From Squalus acanthias (Eukaryota), in NCBI GenBank assembly GCA_030390025.1, contig JASTWF010000344.1:62001-126000 (forward strand): a DNA stretch of 64,000 bases, read 5' to 3'. Shown piece after piece: positions 34,601-45,900 of this stretch. The notes under the pieces were generated by a model. It had not been told where the DNA came from, searched no databases, and saw only the letters and a list, made by a program, of their open reading frames with translations. The position numbers and the translations under genes were made by a program. How positions within the stretch are numbered: position 1 is the stretch's first letter; every line of letters begins with the position of its first letter.

Positions 34601-36102
34601 GTCATCCGGGCGTTACTCGCATGCTACACTTCGTGCGGTCCCGAAATCTCCCATTCTCTACCGGGGATGTAAAGAAGATGTGCTCGGACTGCAGAGTCTG
34701 TGCGGAATTGAAACCTCAGTTTTTCCGCCCCTCGGGTGGTATACTCATACATGCGACCCAGCCAATGCAATGGCTTAGCATCGATTTTAAGGGGCCGTTG
34801 CCCTCTTCAACTCGCAACACTTATCTATTGACCATGGTCGATGAGTATTCCCGTTTTCCGTTTGCCTTTCCCTGCCCCAATATGCTGACGACCACGGTTA
34901 TCAGCTGCCTTGAGCAGGTATTTGCTTTCTGTGGCATGGCATCCTATGTTCATTCGGATCGGGGCCCTTCTTTTATGTCAGGAGAACTCAAGGCCTATCT
35001 CTTGGAACGGGGTATTGCTGCCAGCAGAACGACGCCTTATCATCCGGTCGGGAATGGGCAAGTCGAGCGTTTTAACGCTATCATCTGGAATGCGGTACGT
35101 CTGGCTTTGAGATCTCGGGGCCTACCCAACCAGCAATGGGAAGCAGTACTTCCAGACGCATTACACTCCACACGGTCCCTCCTTTCGACCGCCACAAATA
35201 CGACGCCTCATGAACGGTTCTTCCGATTTCAGCGTCGCTCATCCTATGGGATATCTCTCCCGTCGTGGCTGACTGCACCGGGACCAGTGCTACTCCGAAG
35301 ATATGTTCGGGCGTCTAAGAATGAGCCCCTGGTAGATGAGGTTGAGCTCACTGACGTCAACCCTACCTACGCCTATATTCGGTATCCTGACGGTCGGGAA
35401 TCTACCGTGTCATTGCGGGATCTGGCTCCCTGCCCGCCGAAACATAGAGGGACACCAGGGGATGATATTGTACCAGGCACATCTCTGGGCTCGCCAGGTG
35501 CCTCTCATCACGATCTGGATCTGACGCCGGCTGGTACCTCACTCCAGCGTGCCGACCTGGGGCAGACTGACTATGAGCCCGTCGGGGCTCGCACGCGCAG
35601 CCACGATCCACCCCGTACCATACGCTCGGAAACGGATCTGCCACAGCCCTGCCCGACACCCGTTCGGGCACCAGTACACAGTCAGGATCGTCCTGACCCC
35701 TCACAGAGCGGGCTGGATCACTCGGACTCTGGTCCACGGCCCGCGGCGGGTAAACGGGCTAGGGGCCCTCTACCGCTACGAGAACCCAAACGGGTGCGGC
35801 TCTCCCTCGTCCAGCGGCTACGAAATGGAGGGAGAATGTGATAACACAATACAGCTTCCTGTGACTCGAACTTCATCCCGGCCTCCTAATCTTTTGGGGG
35901 GGGAGAATGTGGTAAACACAATACAGCTTCCTGTGACTTGAACTTTATTACATCACTTCCTGTGATTAGTCCAGGATAAATACTGGGCTGATCAGTTGGA
36001 TCCTGGAGAGGCATAGAGTAAGACCTCTTTTGTATGTAGCACCTTTTTAGTTGATTAAAGCTTACTTTAAGTTCACCACGCGTAAGGCTCATTCTTACGA
36101 CA
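31621..36102 (+). mobile_element. Full-length Ty3/Gypsy LTR retrotransposon (two CCHC Gag knuckles, Mag-like) with no tRNA PBS
   Basis: LTRs 31621-31815 and 35908-36102 (195 bp, TG...CA, 2 mismatches). 5-bp TSD TAAGG (31616-31620, 36103-36107). [15 protein letters not shown] before 35908. Inserted in a CR1. Confidence 0.97.
31894..35841 (+). CDS. Gag-pol polyprotein (1315 aa) of the Gypsy element
   Basis: Single open frame: CFFCGDEFHPRKFC and CSHCNKKGHFAKVC knuckles, protease LIDSGS, RT (IDYSQTIN, DLKSAYHQ, LPFGVTN, YLDN), RNase H, integrase HHCC and IDFKGP/SDRG/NGQVERFN. Confidence 0.95.
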   Translation: MENILKPSRLDLDPNTPAAGKVWKHWYRTFDNFLEYCKADDDSKLRILINCVTPNVFQYVEEWGSYEEVIRTLKRLYTKTPNEVYARHLLATAQQGPGESIDKFLQELRRLSMDCNFQAASAELYREEMIRDAFICGLASPFIRQRLLESKTLELQRAYDMACSLDLAKRNADLYTVPRPRSAALTTVRQFKRPQVNSIREDFIPDDQSDDFTDEEDDDPTVAASWQSKKCFFCGDEFHPRKFCPARNAFCSHCNKKGHFAKVCLSRASTRAYQAKSYRTAPVRAYQDVPAKIYRASSRVFSRRNTPRVSATLCATTPITAACPQNLFHAATKASINGHTLDALIDSGSTDSFIREQIVAELKLHVFPSDQAIAMAQSSLNTRISGFCMVEITLNGHRYPSTRLSVLKDLCSDLILGLDFQKQHKKLTIEFGGSKPELTISNIRPRLPFCALSAASLDEPSLFTSIPPRCKPIITKSRRFSQEDQSFIAAEISRLLAEDIIEPCSSPWRAQVVIVKNPLQPHKKRLCIDYSQTINQYTDLDAYPLPRIDDMVNKLAEYTVFSTYDLKSAYHQVPLKVSDKQYTAFEANGRLYQFRLLPFGVTNGVAVFQRAMNDLVKQEDLKDTFPYLDNITVAGRNQREHDANLQRFWDALQHRNLTLNAAKSIESQPTINILGYCVGNGIIKPDPERLRPLQELPPPKNPASLRRALGLFAYYAKWIPNFSDRIQPLLKASTFPLDTAAVAAFNLLKKQLEKAALHSIDESLPFVVECDALEVAISATLNQEGRPVAFLSRTFQGAELHYPPVEKEATAIIEAVRKWTHLLARQHFTLITDQRSVAFMLDNRKRTKIKNNKIQLWRLELASFGYTIHYRPGKENVAPDTLTRAFCSAMAPSTLVDIHDGLCHPGVTRMLHFVRSRNLPFSTGDVKKMCSDCRVCAELKPQFFRPSGGILIHATQPMQWLSIDFKGPLPSSTRNTYLLTMVDEYSRFPFAFPCPNMLTTTVISCLEQVFAFCGMASYVHSDRGPSFMSGELKAYLLERGIAASRTTPYHPVGNGQVERFNAIIWNAVRLALRSRGLPNQQWEAVLPDALHSTRSLLSTATNTTPHERFFRFQRRSSYGISLPSWLTAPGPVLLRRYVRASKNEPLVDEVELTDVNPTYAYIRYPDGRESTVSLRDLAPCPPKHRGTPGDDIVPGTSLGSPGASHHDLDLTPAGTSLQRADLGQTDYEPVGARTRSHDPPRTIRSETDLPQPCPTPVRAPVHSQDRPDPSQSGLDHSDSGPRPAAGKRARGPLPLREPKRVRLSLVQRLRNGGRM

Positions 36103-36534
36103 TAAGGTTTTGGGCAAGAGATACAGGGGGGATGTGAGGAAAAACTTTTTTACACAGCGAGTGGGGAGGACCTGGAACTCGCTGCCGACGGAAGTGGTGG
36201 AAGCGGAGACACTCGATGTTTTCAAGGGGAGACTGGATAGGCACTTGAGGGAAATAAACTTGCAGGGCTACGGGGATCGAGCGGGGGAATGAAACTGACT
36301 GGATTGCTCTACAGAGAGCCGGCACGGACTCGATGGGCCGAATGGCCTCCTTCTGTGCCGTTATGACTGTAAACCAGGGTCTTGAGTAATGTCACTCTGA
36401 CGCGTTCTGAGGTTGGGAGACCCCGTGAGGGAACCAATAACTGGAACAAGGTGAAAAGACCGTCTGATCCATCAAACTCCTCCGATTCAGACATGGAGCA
36501 GGTCTCCCCCTCCCCCACCCACTGCGGGAGCGCC

Positions 36535-36660
36535 TTCACCACACGGACTGCAGCGGTTCAGGAAGGTGGCTCACTGCCACCTTCTCCAGGGTAACCAGGG
36601 ACGGGCAATAAATGTCAGCCTTGCCAGTGACGCCCACATCCCAGGAACAAATATAAAAAC
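36535..36660 (+). mobile_element. 3' tail fragment of the LINE family seen at 6997-9237 (or a SINE sharing that tail)
   Basis: GGACTGCAGCGGTTCA...GGGCAATAAATG...CCTTGCCAGTGACGCCCACATCCCAGGAACAAA matches 9124-9230. Confidence 0.75.
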
Positions 36661-36814
36661 ATTCTGTTGCCTCTGTAGATTGTCACGGTGCATTGTTTGG
36701 ACAGGCTGAGTGTTGAGTTTATGAAGAGTCCTGGGTCCATTTCATGATTGACGGTGCAGAGGTTGCTCATTGTCCAGCCTGAGGGCAATGAAAGGGTCAC
36801 TGGTGATGGGCAGC

Positions 36815-36925
36815 TGCTTCCGGGTCAGCCAGCGACCTTTCCGCCATTTTACAACAAACCGGAAACTTTGACAAACGGGACCGGAAGCCACCGTTTGGGT
36901 TTCCGCCCAGATGAAAGATGGCGCT
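36815..36925. promoter_or_regulatory. CpG-rich TATA-less promoter of DDX49 with ETS (CCGGAA) and YY1-like motifs
   Basis: CTTCCGG (~36817), CCGCCATTTT (36841-36850), ACCGGAAA (~36858), ACCGGAAG (~36880), and AAGATGGCG overlapping the ATG at 36918. This is a typical housekeeping promoter motif set. Confidence 0.55.
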
Positions 36926-39900
36926 GGCGGCGTTGGGGATTCCGGCCTGGCTGGTGGAGCAGGCCGCTCGCCTCGGTATCCGGCAACCCAGCGCGGTGCA
37001 GGAGAGCTGCATCCCGGCCATCCTGCAGGGTGAGTGAGCGGCTCCGCGTCCCCCAGCCAGGCCGAGCTCAGCCCCCGGGCTCAGAGTGTGACCCGGCCCC
37101 AGGCCTTGACCCCCTCAGGGTTTGGAGCAAAACCCGGGATCTCTCGGCCTCCGCCAATTCCGGTCTCTTGGCTTGGACTCCCGACCCCACACTGACCCCG
37201 ACCACTGACCCCACACTGACCCCGACCACTGACTCCCGACCTCCGACCCCACACTGACCCCGACCTCACACTGACCCCGACCACTGACTCCCGACCTCTG
37301 ACTCCCGACCTCTGACTCCCGACCTCCGACCCCACACTGACCCCCCGACCCCACACTGACCCCGACCACTGACCTCCGACCCCACACTGACCCAGACCAC
37401 TGACCCCCGACCCCTGTCGATCCCCCACTCCCACCATTGGCGGCCGTGCCTTCAGCTGCCTGGGCCCCGAGCTCTGGAATCCCCTCCCTGACCCTCTCCG
37501 CCTCGCTCTCCTCCTGTGAGACGCTCCTCAAAACCCACCGCTTTGACCCAGCTTCTGGTCGCCTGTCCCAATATCTCCTTCTGTGGTTCGGTGTTGAGTT
37601 TTGGCTGATTTACGCTCCCGTGACGTGTCGCGGCGCCGCTGTGTAAAGTCGCTGTTGGTTGTGACCCGGCTCCAGTATTTTAACTTTTGTGTTTTCTCTC
37701 CTAGGCCGCGACTGTCTCGGCTGCGCTAAAACCGGCAGCGGAAAAACCGCGGCTTTCGTTCTGCCCATTCTTCAGAAACTGTCAGAGGATCCGTTTGGAA
37801 TATTCTGCCTGGTGCTCGCCCCGACCAGGTGACTGAACTCATAGAAACATAGAAGATAGGAGCAGGAGTCGGCCATTCGGCCCCTCGAGCCTGCTCCGCC
37901 ATTCAATGCGATCATGGCTGATCATCCAAATTCAGTACCCTGTCCCTGCTTTCTCCCCCATCTCCCTTGGTCCCTTTAGCCTTAAGAAATATATCTAACT
38001 CCTTCTTGAATATATTTCATGAATTGGCCTCAACTGTCTTCTGTGGTAGAGAATTCCACAGGTTCACCACTCTCTGGGTGAAGAAATTCCTCCTCATCTC
38101 AGTCCTAAATAGCTTACCCCTTATCCTTAGACTGTGACCCCTGGTTCTGGACTCACCCGCCGTCGGGAACATCCTTCCTGCATCTAGTCTGTCTAGTCCT
38201 GTTAGAATTTTATAAGTTTCAATGAGATCCCCTCTCATTCTTCTAAACTCTAGCGAATATAAGCCTAATCGACCCAATCGCTCTTCATATGTCATTCCTG
38301 CCATCCCAGGTATCAGTCTAGTGAATCTTCGCTGCACTCCCTCCATGGCAAGAACATCCTTCCTCAGATAAGGTGACCAAAACTGCACACAATACTCAAG
38401 GTGTGGTCTCACCAAGGCCCTGTACAACTGCAGCAAGACATCCTTGCTCCTGTACTCGAATCCTCTCGCTATGAAGGCCAACATACCATTTGCCGCCTTA
38501 ACCGCCTGCTGCACCTGCATGCTTACCTTCAGCGACTGGTGCACAAGGACACCCAGGTCTCGTTGCACTTCCCCTTTTCCCAATCTATTGCCATTCAGAT
38601 AATAATCTGCCTTCCTGTTTTTGCCACCAAAGTGGATAACCTCGCATTTATCCACATTATACTGCATCTGCCATGCATCTGCCCAATCACCCAACCTGTC
38701 CAAATCATACTGGAGTTTCTCTGCATCCTCCTCACAGCACACACGCCCACCCAGCTTTGTGTCGTCTGCAAACTTGGAGATATTACATCTAGTTCCCTCG
38801 TCTAGATCATTAATATATATTGTGAATAGCTGGGGTCCTAGCACCGGTCCCTGCGGTACCCCACTAGTCACTGCCTGCCACTCGGAAAAAGACCCGTTTA
38901 TTCCAACTCTTTGCTTCCTGTCTGCCAACCAGTTTTCTATCCAAGTCAGTACCTTACCCCCAATCCCATGTGCTTTAACTTTGCACGCTAATCTCTTATG
39001 CGGGACCTTGTCGAAAGCCTTCTGAAAGTCCAAATACACCACATCCACTGGTTCTCCCTTATCTATTCGACCAGTTACATCCTCAAAAAATTCCAGTAGA
39101 TTAGTCAAGCTCAGTCCCACACCGGGTGGTGCTTCTACCCACTGTCATTTGGGGAAAATCCCTGGAATTATCAGTTTAAATTCTTATGCCCTGCTCTCTC
39201 AGCCGTCGATGGTCAGGAGTACAAGTTAAATGTCACTTCTCTAAATTCAGTAAAGTGCAAGCTTGTTCCTCTATAAACTGGCCAGATTTGGCAGTGGTAT
39301 TGGGCAGCTTAGAGTGTGGTGATCGGAACCAGGAATCAGTCCGTGAACACGAGCTGACATCAAAACTGAAGTTTAACCAAGATGTATTTTGTACCCTTCT
39401 CAGGGAGTTGGCCTATCAGATTGCGGAGCAGTTCCGGGTCCTTGGGAAGCCGCTGCGTTTGCGGGACTGTGTTGTTGTTGGCGGAATGGGTGCGTATGTG
39501 TCAAGACATTCTGTGTCCAGCGCGGTTTTGTTGCACTTTTCCGCGTTGTGGTCTTACTGTCTGACCCTTCCCTCCCCAGATATGGTCGCACAGGCGCTAG
39601 AACTCTCCAGAAAACCTCACATTGTCATAGCAACTCCAGGGCGGCTGGCCGACCACATCCGGAGTTCCAACACCTTCAGCCTGAAGAAAATTAAGTTTCT
39701 GGTAGGCAAGAGGGTGAAAGAATGTTCCTGTGGGGATCCCATCCCATCACAGCTAGAAATCCCACACATTCCCAGCCGGCTTCTTATTGGGGGAAAGGGG
39801 TTCAGAAATTGGGGGAGGGTCAATGGCGGGGTCAGGGGGTCAATGGCGGGGTCGGGGGTTGTTGCAGTACCGACTTGCTGACAGAAGGCACACCACTTTC

Positions 39901-42900
39901 CGTGACTCTGAGGGCCTCTTGTGGTGGAATGACTGCGGAGCCGCTCGCCACCTGGATCAATCCCAAACTAATCCCACTGCCCCGCTCTCTCCCCATAGCC
40001 CTGTATCAATCCCAAACTAATCCCACTGCCCCGCTCTCTCCCCATATCCCTGCATCAATCCCAAACTAATCCCACTGCCCCGCTCTCTCTCCATAGCCCT
40101 GGATCAATCCCAAACTAATCCCATTGCCCCGCTCTCTCCCCATAGCCCTGTATCAATCCCAAACTAATCCCACTGCCCCGCTCTCCATAACCCTGTATCA
40201 ATCCCAAACTAATCCCACTGCCCCGCTCTCTCTCCATAGCCCTGTATCAATCCCAAACTAATCCCACTGCCCCGCTCTCTCTCCATAGCCCTGGATCAAT
40301 CCCAAACTAATCCCACTGCCCCGCTCTCTCTCCATAGCCCTGGATCAATCCCAAACTAATCCCACTGCCCCGCTCTCTCCCATAGCCCTGGATCTGCTGC
40401 TGCTTCAAATATTTATCCAACTTTCTATTAAAATATGCAATGGCATGTGCCTCAACCGATCTCTGTAGCAAAGCATTCCATACTACAACAACACGCTGTA
40501 TAAATACGTTTGTCCTAACATCTCTCCTTATTCTCTTAGTGACAGTTTTAAATGGATGATCTCTCACCCCTGACTCCCCAACCAGAGATGATCATCTTTC
40601 CTTATTCACTCTATCAAAACCCTTCACAATTTAAAAAAAAACTCTATTAAATCTCCTCTTGACTGTTTCTGCCTGCAATGTATCACCTCGCCCGTACCCC
40701 GTTAAACTGTATCATGTCAGCCTTGCTGTTTTGTCAAATGCCCTACCTTTGTGGATAAATCCCCAGGCCCTGACGGGATGTATCCCAGGCTGCCGTGTGA
40801 GGCAAGGGAAGAGATTGCAGGGGCTCGGACACAAATTTTCAGAACCTCTCTGGCCACAGGGGACGTGCCTGAGGACTGGAGAACAGCTAACGTAGTACCA
40901 TTATTCAAGAAGGGTAGTAGGGATAAACCAGGGAATTACAGGCCAGTGAGCCTAACATCAGTGGTAGGGAAATTATTAGAAAAAATTCTGAGGGACAGAA
41001 TTAGTCTCCACTTGGAGAGGCAAGGATTAATCAAGGATAGTCAGCATGGCTTTGTCGGGGAGATCATGTCTGACCAATTTGATTGAATTTTTCGAGGGGG
41101 TGACTAGGTATGTGGATGAGGGTAGTGCAGTTGATGTAGTCTACATGGACTTCAGTAAGGCTTTTGACAAAGTCCCATATGGGAGACTGGTCAAGAAGGT
41201 AAGAGCCCATGGGATCCAGGGCAATTTGGCACATTGGATCCAAAATTGGCTTAGTGGCAGGAGGCAGAGGGTGATGGTCGAAGGTTGTTTTTGTGATTGG
41301 AGGCCTGTGTCCAGTGGTGTACCGCAGGGATCGGTGCTGGGTCCTTTGCTGTTTGTAGTGTACATTAATGATTTAGATATGAATGTAGGAGGTATGATCA
41401 GTAAGTTCGCAGATGACACGAAAATTGGTGGAGTGGTAAATAGCGAGGAGGGAAGCCTCAGGCTACAGGACGATATAGATGGGCAGAACAGTGGCAAATG
41501 GAATTTAACCCTGAAAAGTGTGAGGTGATGCATTTTGGGAGGACTAACAAGGCAAGGGAATACACAATGAATAGTAGGACCCTAGGAAGGACAGAGGATC
41601 AGAGGGACCTTGGTGTGCATGTACATAGATCCCTGAAGGCAGCAGGACAGGTAGATAAGGTGGTTAAAAAGGCATATGGGATACTTGCCTTCATTAGCCG
41701 AGGCATAGAATATAAGAGCAGGGAGGTTATGATGGAGCTGTACAAAACGCTAGTTAGGCCACAGCTGGAATACTGTGTGCAGTTCTGGTCGCCACACTAT
41801 AGGAAGGATGTGATTGCATTGGAGAGGGTGCAGAGGAGATTCACCAGGATGTTACCTGGGCTGGAGCGCTTCAGCTATGAAGAGAGACTGGACAGGCTGG
41901 GGTTGTTTTCCTTAGAGCAGAGAAGGCTGAGGGGGAACCTGATTGAGGTGTACAAAATTATGAGGGGCGTAGATAGAAAGGAACTTTTCCCCTTAGTAGA
42001 GGGGTCAATAACCAGGGGGCATAGTTTCAAGGTAAGGGGCAGGAGGTTTAGAGGGGATTTGAGGAAAAACTTTTTCACCCAGAGGGTGGTTGGAATCTGG
42101 AACTCACTGCCTGAAAGGGTGGTAGAGGCAGGAACCCTCACAACATTCAAGAAGCATTTAGATGAGCACTTGAAACGCCATAGCATACAAGGCTACGGAC
42201 CAAGTGCTGGAAAATGGGATTAGAATAGACAGGGCTTGATGGCCGGCGCGGACACGATGGGCCGAAGGGCCTCTTTCTGTGCTGTATAACTCTATGACTT
42301 TGCATTCTCAGCAAATTTCTATCTTGTGTTCCCTGTACCCAATCCAAATCATCAAAATACTGGGAACAGAAGTGGACCCAGCACCGACCCCTGGGACACA
42401 GCACTACCTAACCTCTCCAGCCCCAGCAGCACCCACATTCCCTCTCGCTGGGGTATGGTGCGGGGATTGCTGACCCCACTCACCGTGCGCCCGGATATTT
42501 CTTAGTCAGTGAGCCACATCGCGGCAATGAGGGGAGACGGGAGGCCCTCTGGATTTTGCTGATTGTATCGTTTCCAATTTCCCGTTAATGTGGTTCAATT
42601 TCACAGTGTTAACCTTTGACGTAGGTATTGGATGAAGCTGATAGGCTGCTGGAGCAGGGTTGTACGGATTTCACGCAGGACCTGCAGGTGATTCTTGGCG
42701 CTCTCCCGACCCAACGACAAACACTGCTGTTCAGCGCAACCCTCACCGACACTCTACAGCAGCTCAAGAAGATCGCGATGAACAAGCCGTTCTTCTGGGA
42801 GTCCCAGACTGAGTAAGTAAAAATACAGCACGGGTTAGATACAGAGTAAAGCTCCCTCTACACTGTCCCATCAAACATTCCCAGGGCAGGTACAGCACGG

Positions 42901-45900
42901 GTTAGATACAGAGTAAAGCTCCCTCTACACTGTCCCATCAAACACTCCCAGGGCAGGTACAGCACGGGTTAGATACAGAGTAAAGCTCCCTCTACACTGT
43001 CCCATCAAACACTCCCAGGGCAGGTACAGCACAGGTTAGATACAGAGTAAAGCTCCCTCTACACTGTCCCATCAAACACTCCCAGGGCAGGTACAGCACG
43101 GGTTAGAGACAGAGTAAAGCTCCCTCTACACTGTCCCGTGAAACCCTCTCCTCCCAGTGGGGGGGGGGGGGGTGGGGCGGGGGCTGCTCACTGTATGATG
43201 CGAGTGACCCCAGTGACCAATGTTCACTGTAAGCTGCGCTTTTTTTCTGTGCGGCCTGTTTCTTTTAGTGCGCGGTCCATTTTAAATTTCCGCACATGCG
43301 TAGTATTTACATTGGAGAAGCCAATGAGCGGCCTGCGCGGGTCCTTTTCTATCAGCGTTGCTGGTGACCTATGGTGCACTTCCTGTGGCATCCAGAGAAT
43401 TCCCTCTAATCACTCGTTAAACCCTCCGGTCTGAGGAATGTGGGATTTTTCTGAAGGTAGTGGTTATCTCCTGGCTGGACGGAAATTGGTTTGGACTGAG
43501 CTGACATATCTGTCTGTCTCTAGAGTTCGCACGGTGTCTGAGCTGGACCAGCGTTACCTCCTGGTTCCCGAGCGGGTGAAAGAAGCTTACCTAGTGCACA
43601 TTATCCAGAAGATTCAGGATGAACACGAGGATTGGTCCGTTATCATTTTCACAAGCACGTGCAAGTGAGTTCNNNNNNNNNNNNNNNNNNNNNNNNNNNN
43701 NNNNNNNNNNNNNNNNNNNNNNNNNNNNNNNNNNNNNNNNNNNNNNNNNNNNNNNNNNNNNNNNNNNNNNNNNNNNNNNNNNNNNNNNNNNNNNNNNNNN
43801 NNNNNNNNNNNNNNNNNNNNNNNNNNNNNNNNNNNNNNNNNNNNNNNNNNNNNNNNNNNNNNNNNNNNNNNNGAGTTCCATTCATGCTTTGAGTGTGAGG
43901 GGGGGAGGAGGAGGAAGTGTTTGTACGTCTGACTGAACTCGCATGTGTGTGATTGTGTGACAGGATGGGAGAGTGCGAGTGAGTGTGTAACACACAGGAT
44001 TACTCTCTGCAGCCCCTCCGGTGGGTTCTGGTCTGATTTCTGATCGTGTTTTGCAGAATGTGTCAGATCCTGACCATGATGCTGCGAAGGTTCAGCTTCC
44101 AGTGCGGCGCCCTTCACTCCATGATGAAGCAGGTGTGTGTCTCCTTGCGCAGTTTGGGATCGCACTGACCTCGATCCAGGGTTATCATCGGGATGAGCTT
44201 AATATTGTTCCAACTAAAACCTAAATTGCTGACCTGGATTTAATGAGTAATCAGTAAATGAATATTTAAAAACCGTTTACATGTTCTACAAGTGACTCGC
44301 CCTCACAATTCTGTCTTGGAGTGAGTGAATTTTGGGAGGGGCATCAAACACTCCCAGGGCAGGTACAGCACGGGTTAGATACAGAGTAAAGCTCCCTCTA
44401 CACTGTCCCTTCAAACACTCCCAGGGCAGGTACAGTACGGGTTAGATACAGAGTAAAGCTCCCTCTACACTGTCCCATCAAACACTCCCAGGGCAGGTAC
44501 AGCACGGGTTAGATACAGAGTAAAGCTCCCTCTACACTGTCCCATCAAACACTCCCCAGGGCAGGTACAACATGGGTTAGATACAGAGTAAAGCTCCCTC
44601 TACACTGTCCCATCAAACACTCCCAGGGCAGGTACAGCACAGGTTAGATACAGAGTAAAGCTCCCTCTACACTGTCCCATCAAACACTCCCAGGGCAGGT
44701 ACAGCACGGGTTAGATACAGAGTAAAGCTCCCTTTACACTGTCCCCATCAAACACTCCCAGGGCTGGTACAGCACGGGTTAGATACAGAGTAAAGCTCCC
44801 TCGACACTGTCCCATCAAACACTCCCCAGGGCTGGTACAGGGAGCCGGGGTGGGTGGGCGGGGTCTGATGTGCGCTGTACTCTGACTGGTTGTTTTCTTT
44901 CCACAGAAGGAGAGGTTTTCCACTCTTTCCAAGTTCAAGTCGAGCATTTTCAAGATCCTCGTGGCCACAGACGTCGCTTCTCGGTATCAAATCAAATGCC
45001 AGGGCCCGTACTGTTGGGTGGGGGGGGGAAGGAGGGTTGGGGGAGGGCGGTGCCCCGCTCCGCCCGTGACCAATCCCTGACTTTGACTCTTTCTGTGCAG
45101 AGGTCTCGATATTCCCACGGTTCAGGTCGTCATCAACCACAACACGCCCGGACTCCCCAAAATCTACATCCACCGTGTCGGCCGGACGGCGAGAGCAGGT
45201 AAGGGTGATGGATCAGCTTCACCTCTCCTCCCCACCTTCCCCCCCCGCCTCGCCGGCTGTCTGATGAAATGCTTTTAATGATTCTCCTCTGCAGGTCGCC
45301 ATGGTGTCTCGATCACCCTCGTTACTCAGTACGACATTCACCTGGTTCATGCGATTGAGGAGGAAATAAGTGAGTATCACTCAGATTTGGGTGGGGGTCT
45401 CTGTCGGGTAAATATCTGCAGACTGTGCGGCTTCGATGTTTTAACACTTTAAATGTCTGATTATTTCATCAACAGAGACCAAACTGAAGGAGTTTCCTGT
45501 GGCCGAGGAAAATGTGCTGAAGATTCTCACACACGTGAATGTGACTCGGCGTGAGTGTGAGATTGTGAGTACCTGCTGTCGGGACAGACCCCTGGGGAGG
45601 CGGTCACACAATTTGCCCGCTCTGTTGCACATTCCCGGCTTTAATCGGATGGGAATTTCGGCAGCACCAATAATGAATCTGTTTGTGTTTAATTCCCCAG
45701 GAACTTGAGTCGACTGACTTCGATGAAAAGAAAGAAATTAACAAAAGGAAGCAGATGATTCTAGAAGGAAAGGTAGGTTGGAGTAACCTTTTAGATGTGG
45801 TCAGTTTACTGGACACAAGTGGAGTCTGTACCTCACTCAGCCTCGGATTGAGACTGAGCGGCAGGCTCACAGCCCCAGAACGGAAGGTGCGACCTCCCGG

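Larger units (their letters stand above)
30708..36368 (+). mobile_element. 5'-truncated CR1 LINE interrupted by the Gypsy at 31621-36102
   Basis: 305-aa RT ORF at 30711-31620; continues after the TSD at 36108 ([17 protein letters not shown]) to the CR1 3' end. Confidence 0.92.

Noticed and set aside
36615..36800. Minus-strand FINSTL peptide as a possible Homer EVH1 exon (AIINST...) or COPE exon 1
   Set aside because: Similarity is limited to four residues; the following TPNMTFTKTSQKFGQW and COPE DELFDVKN motifs are absent.
43591..44165. ORFs spanning N runs (also 17494-18070)
   Set aside because: Artefacts of translating assembly gaps.
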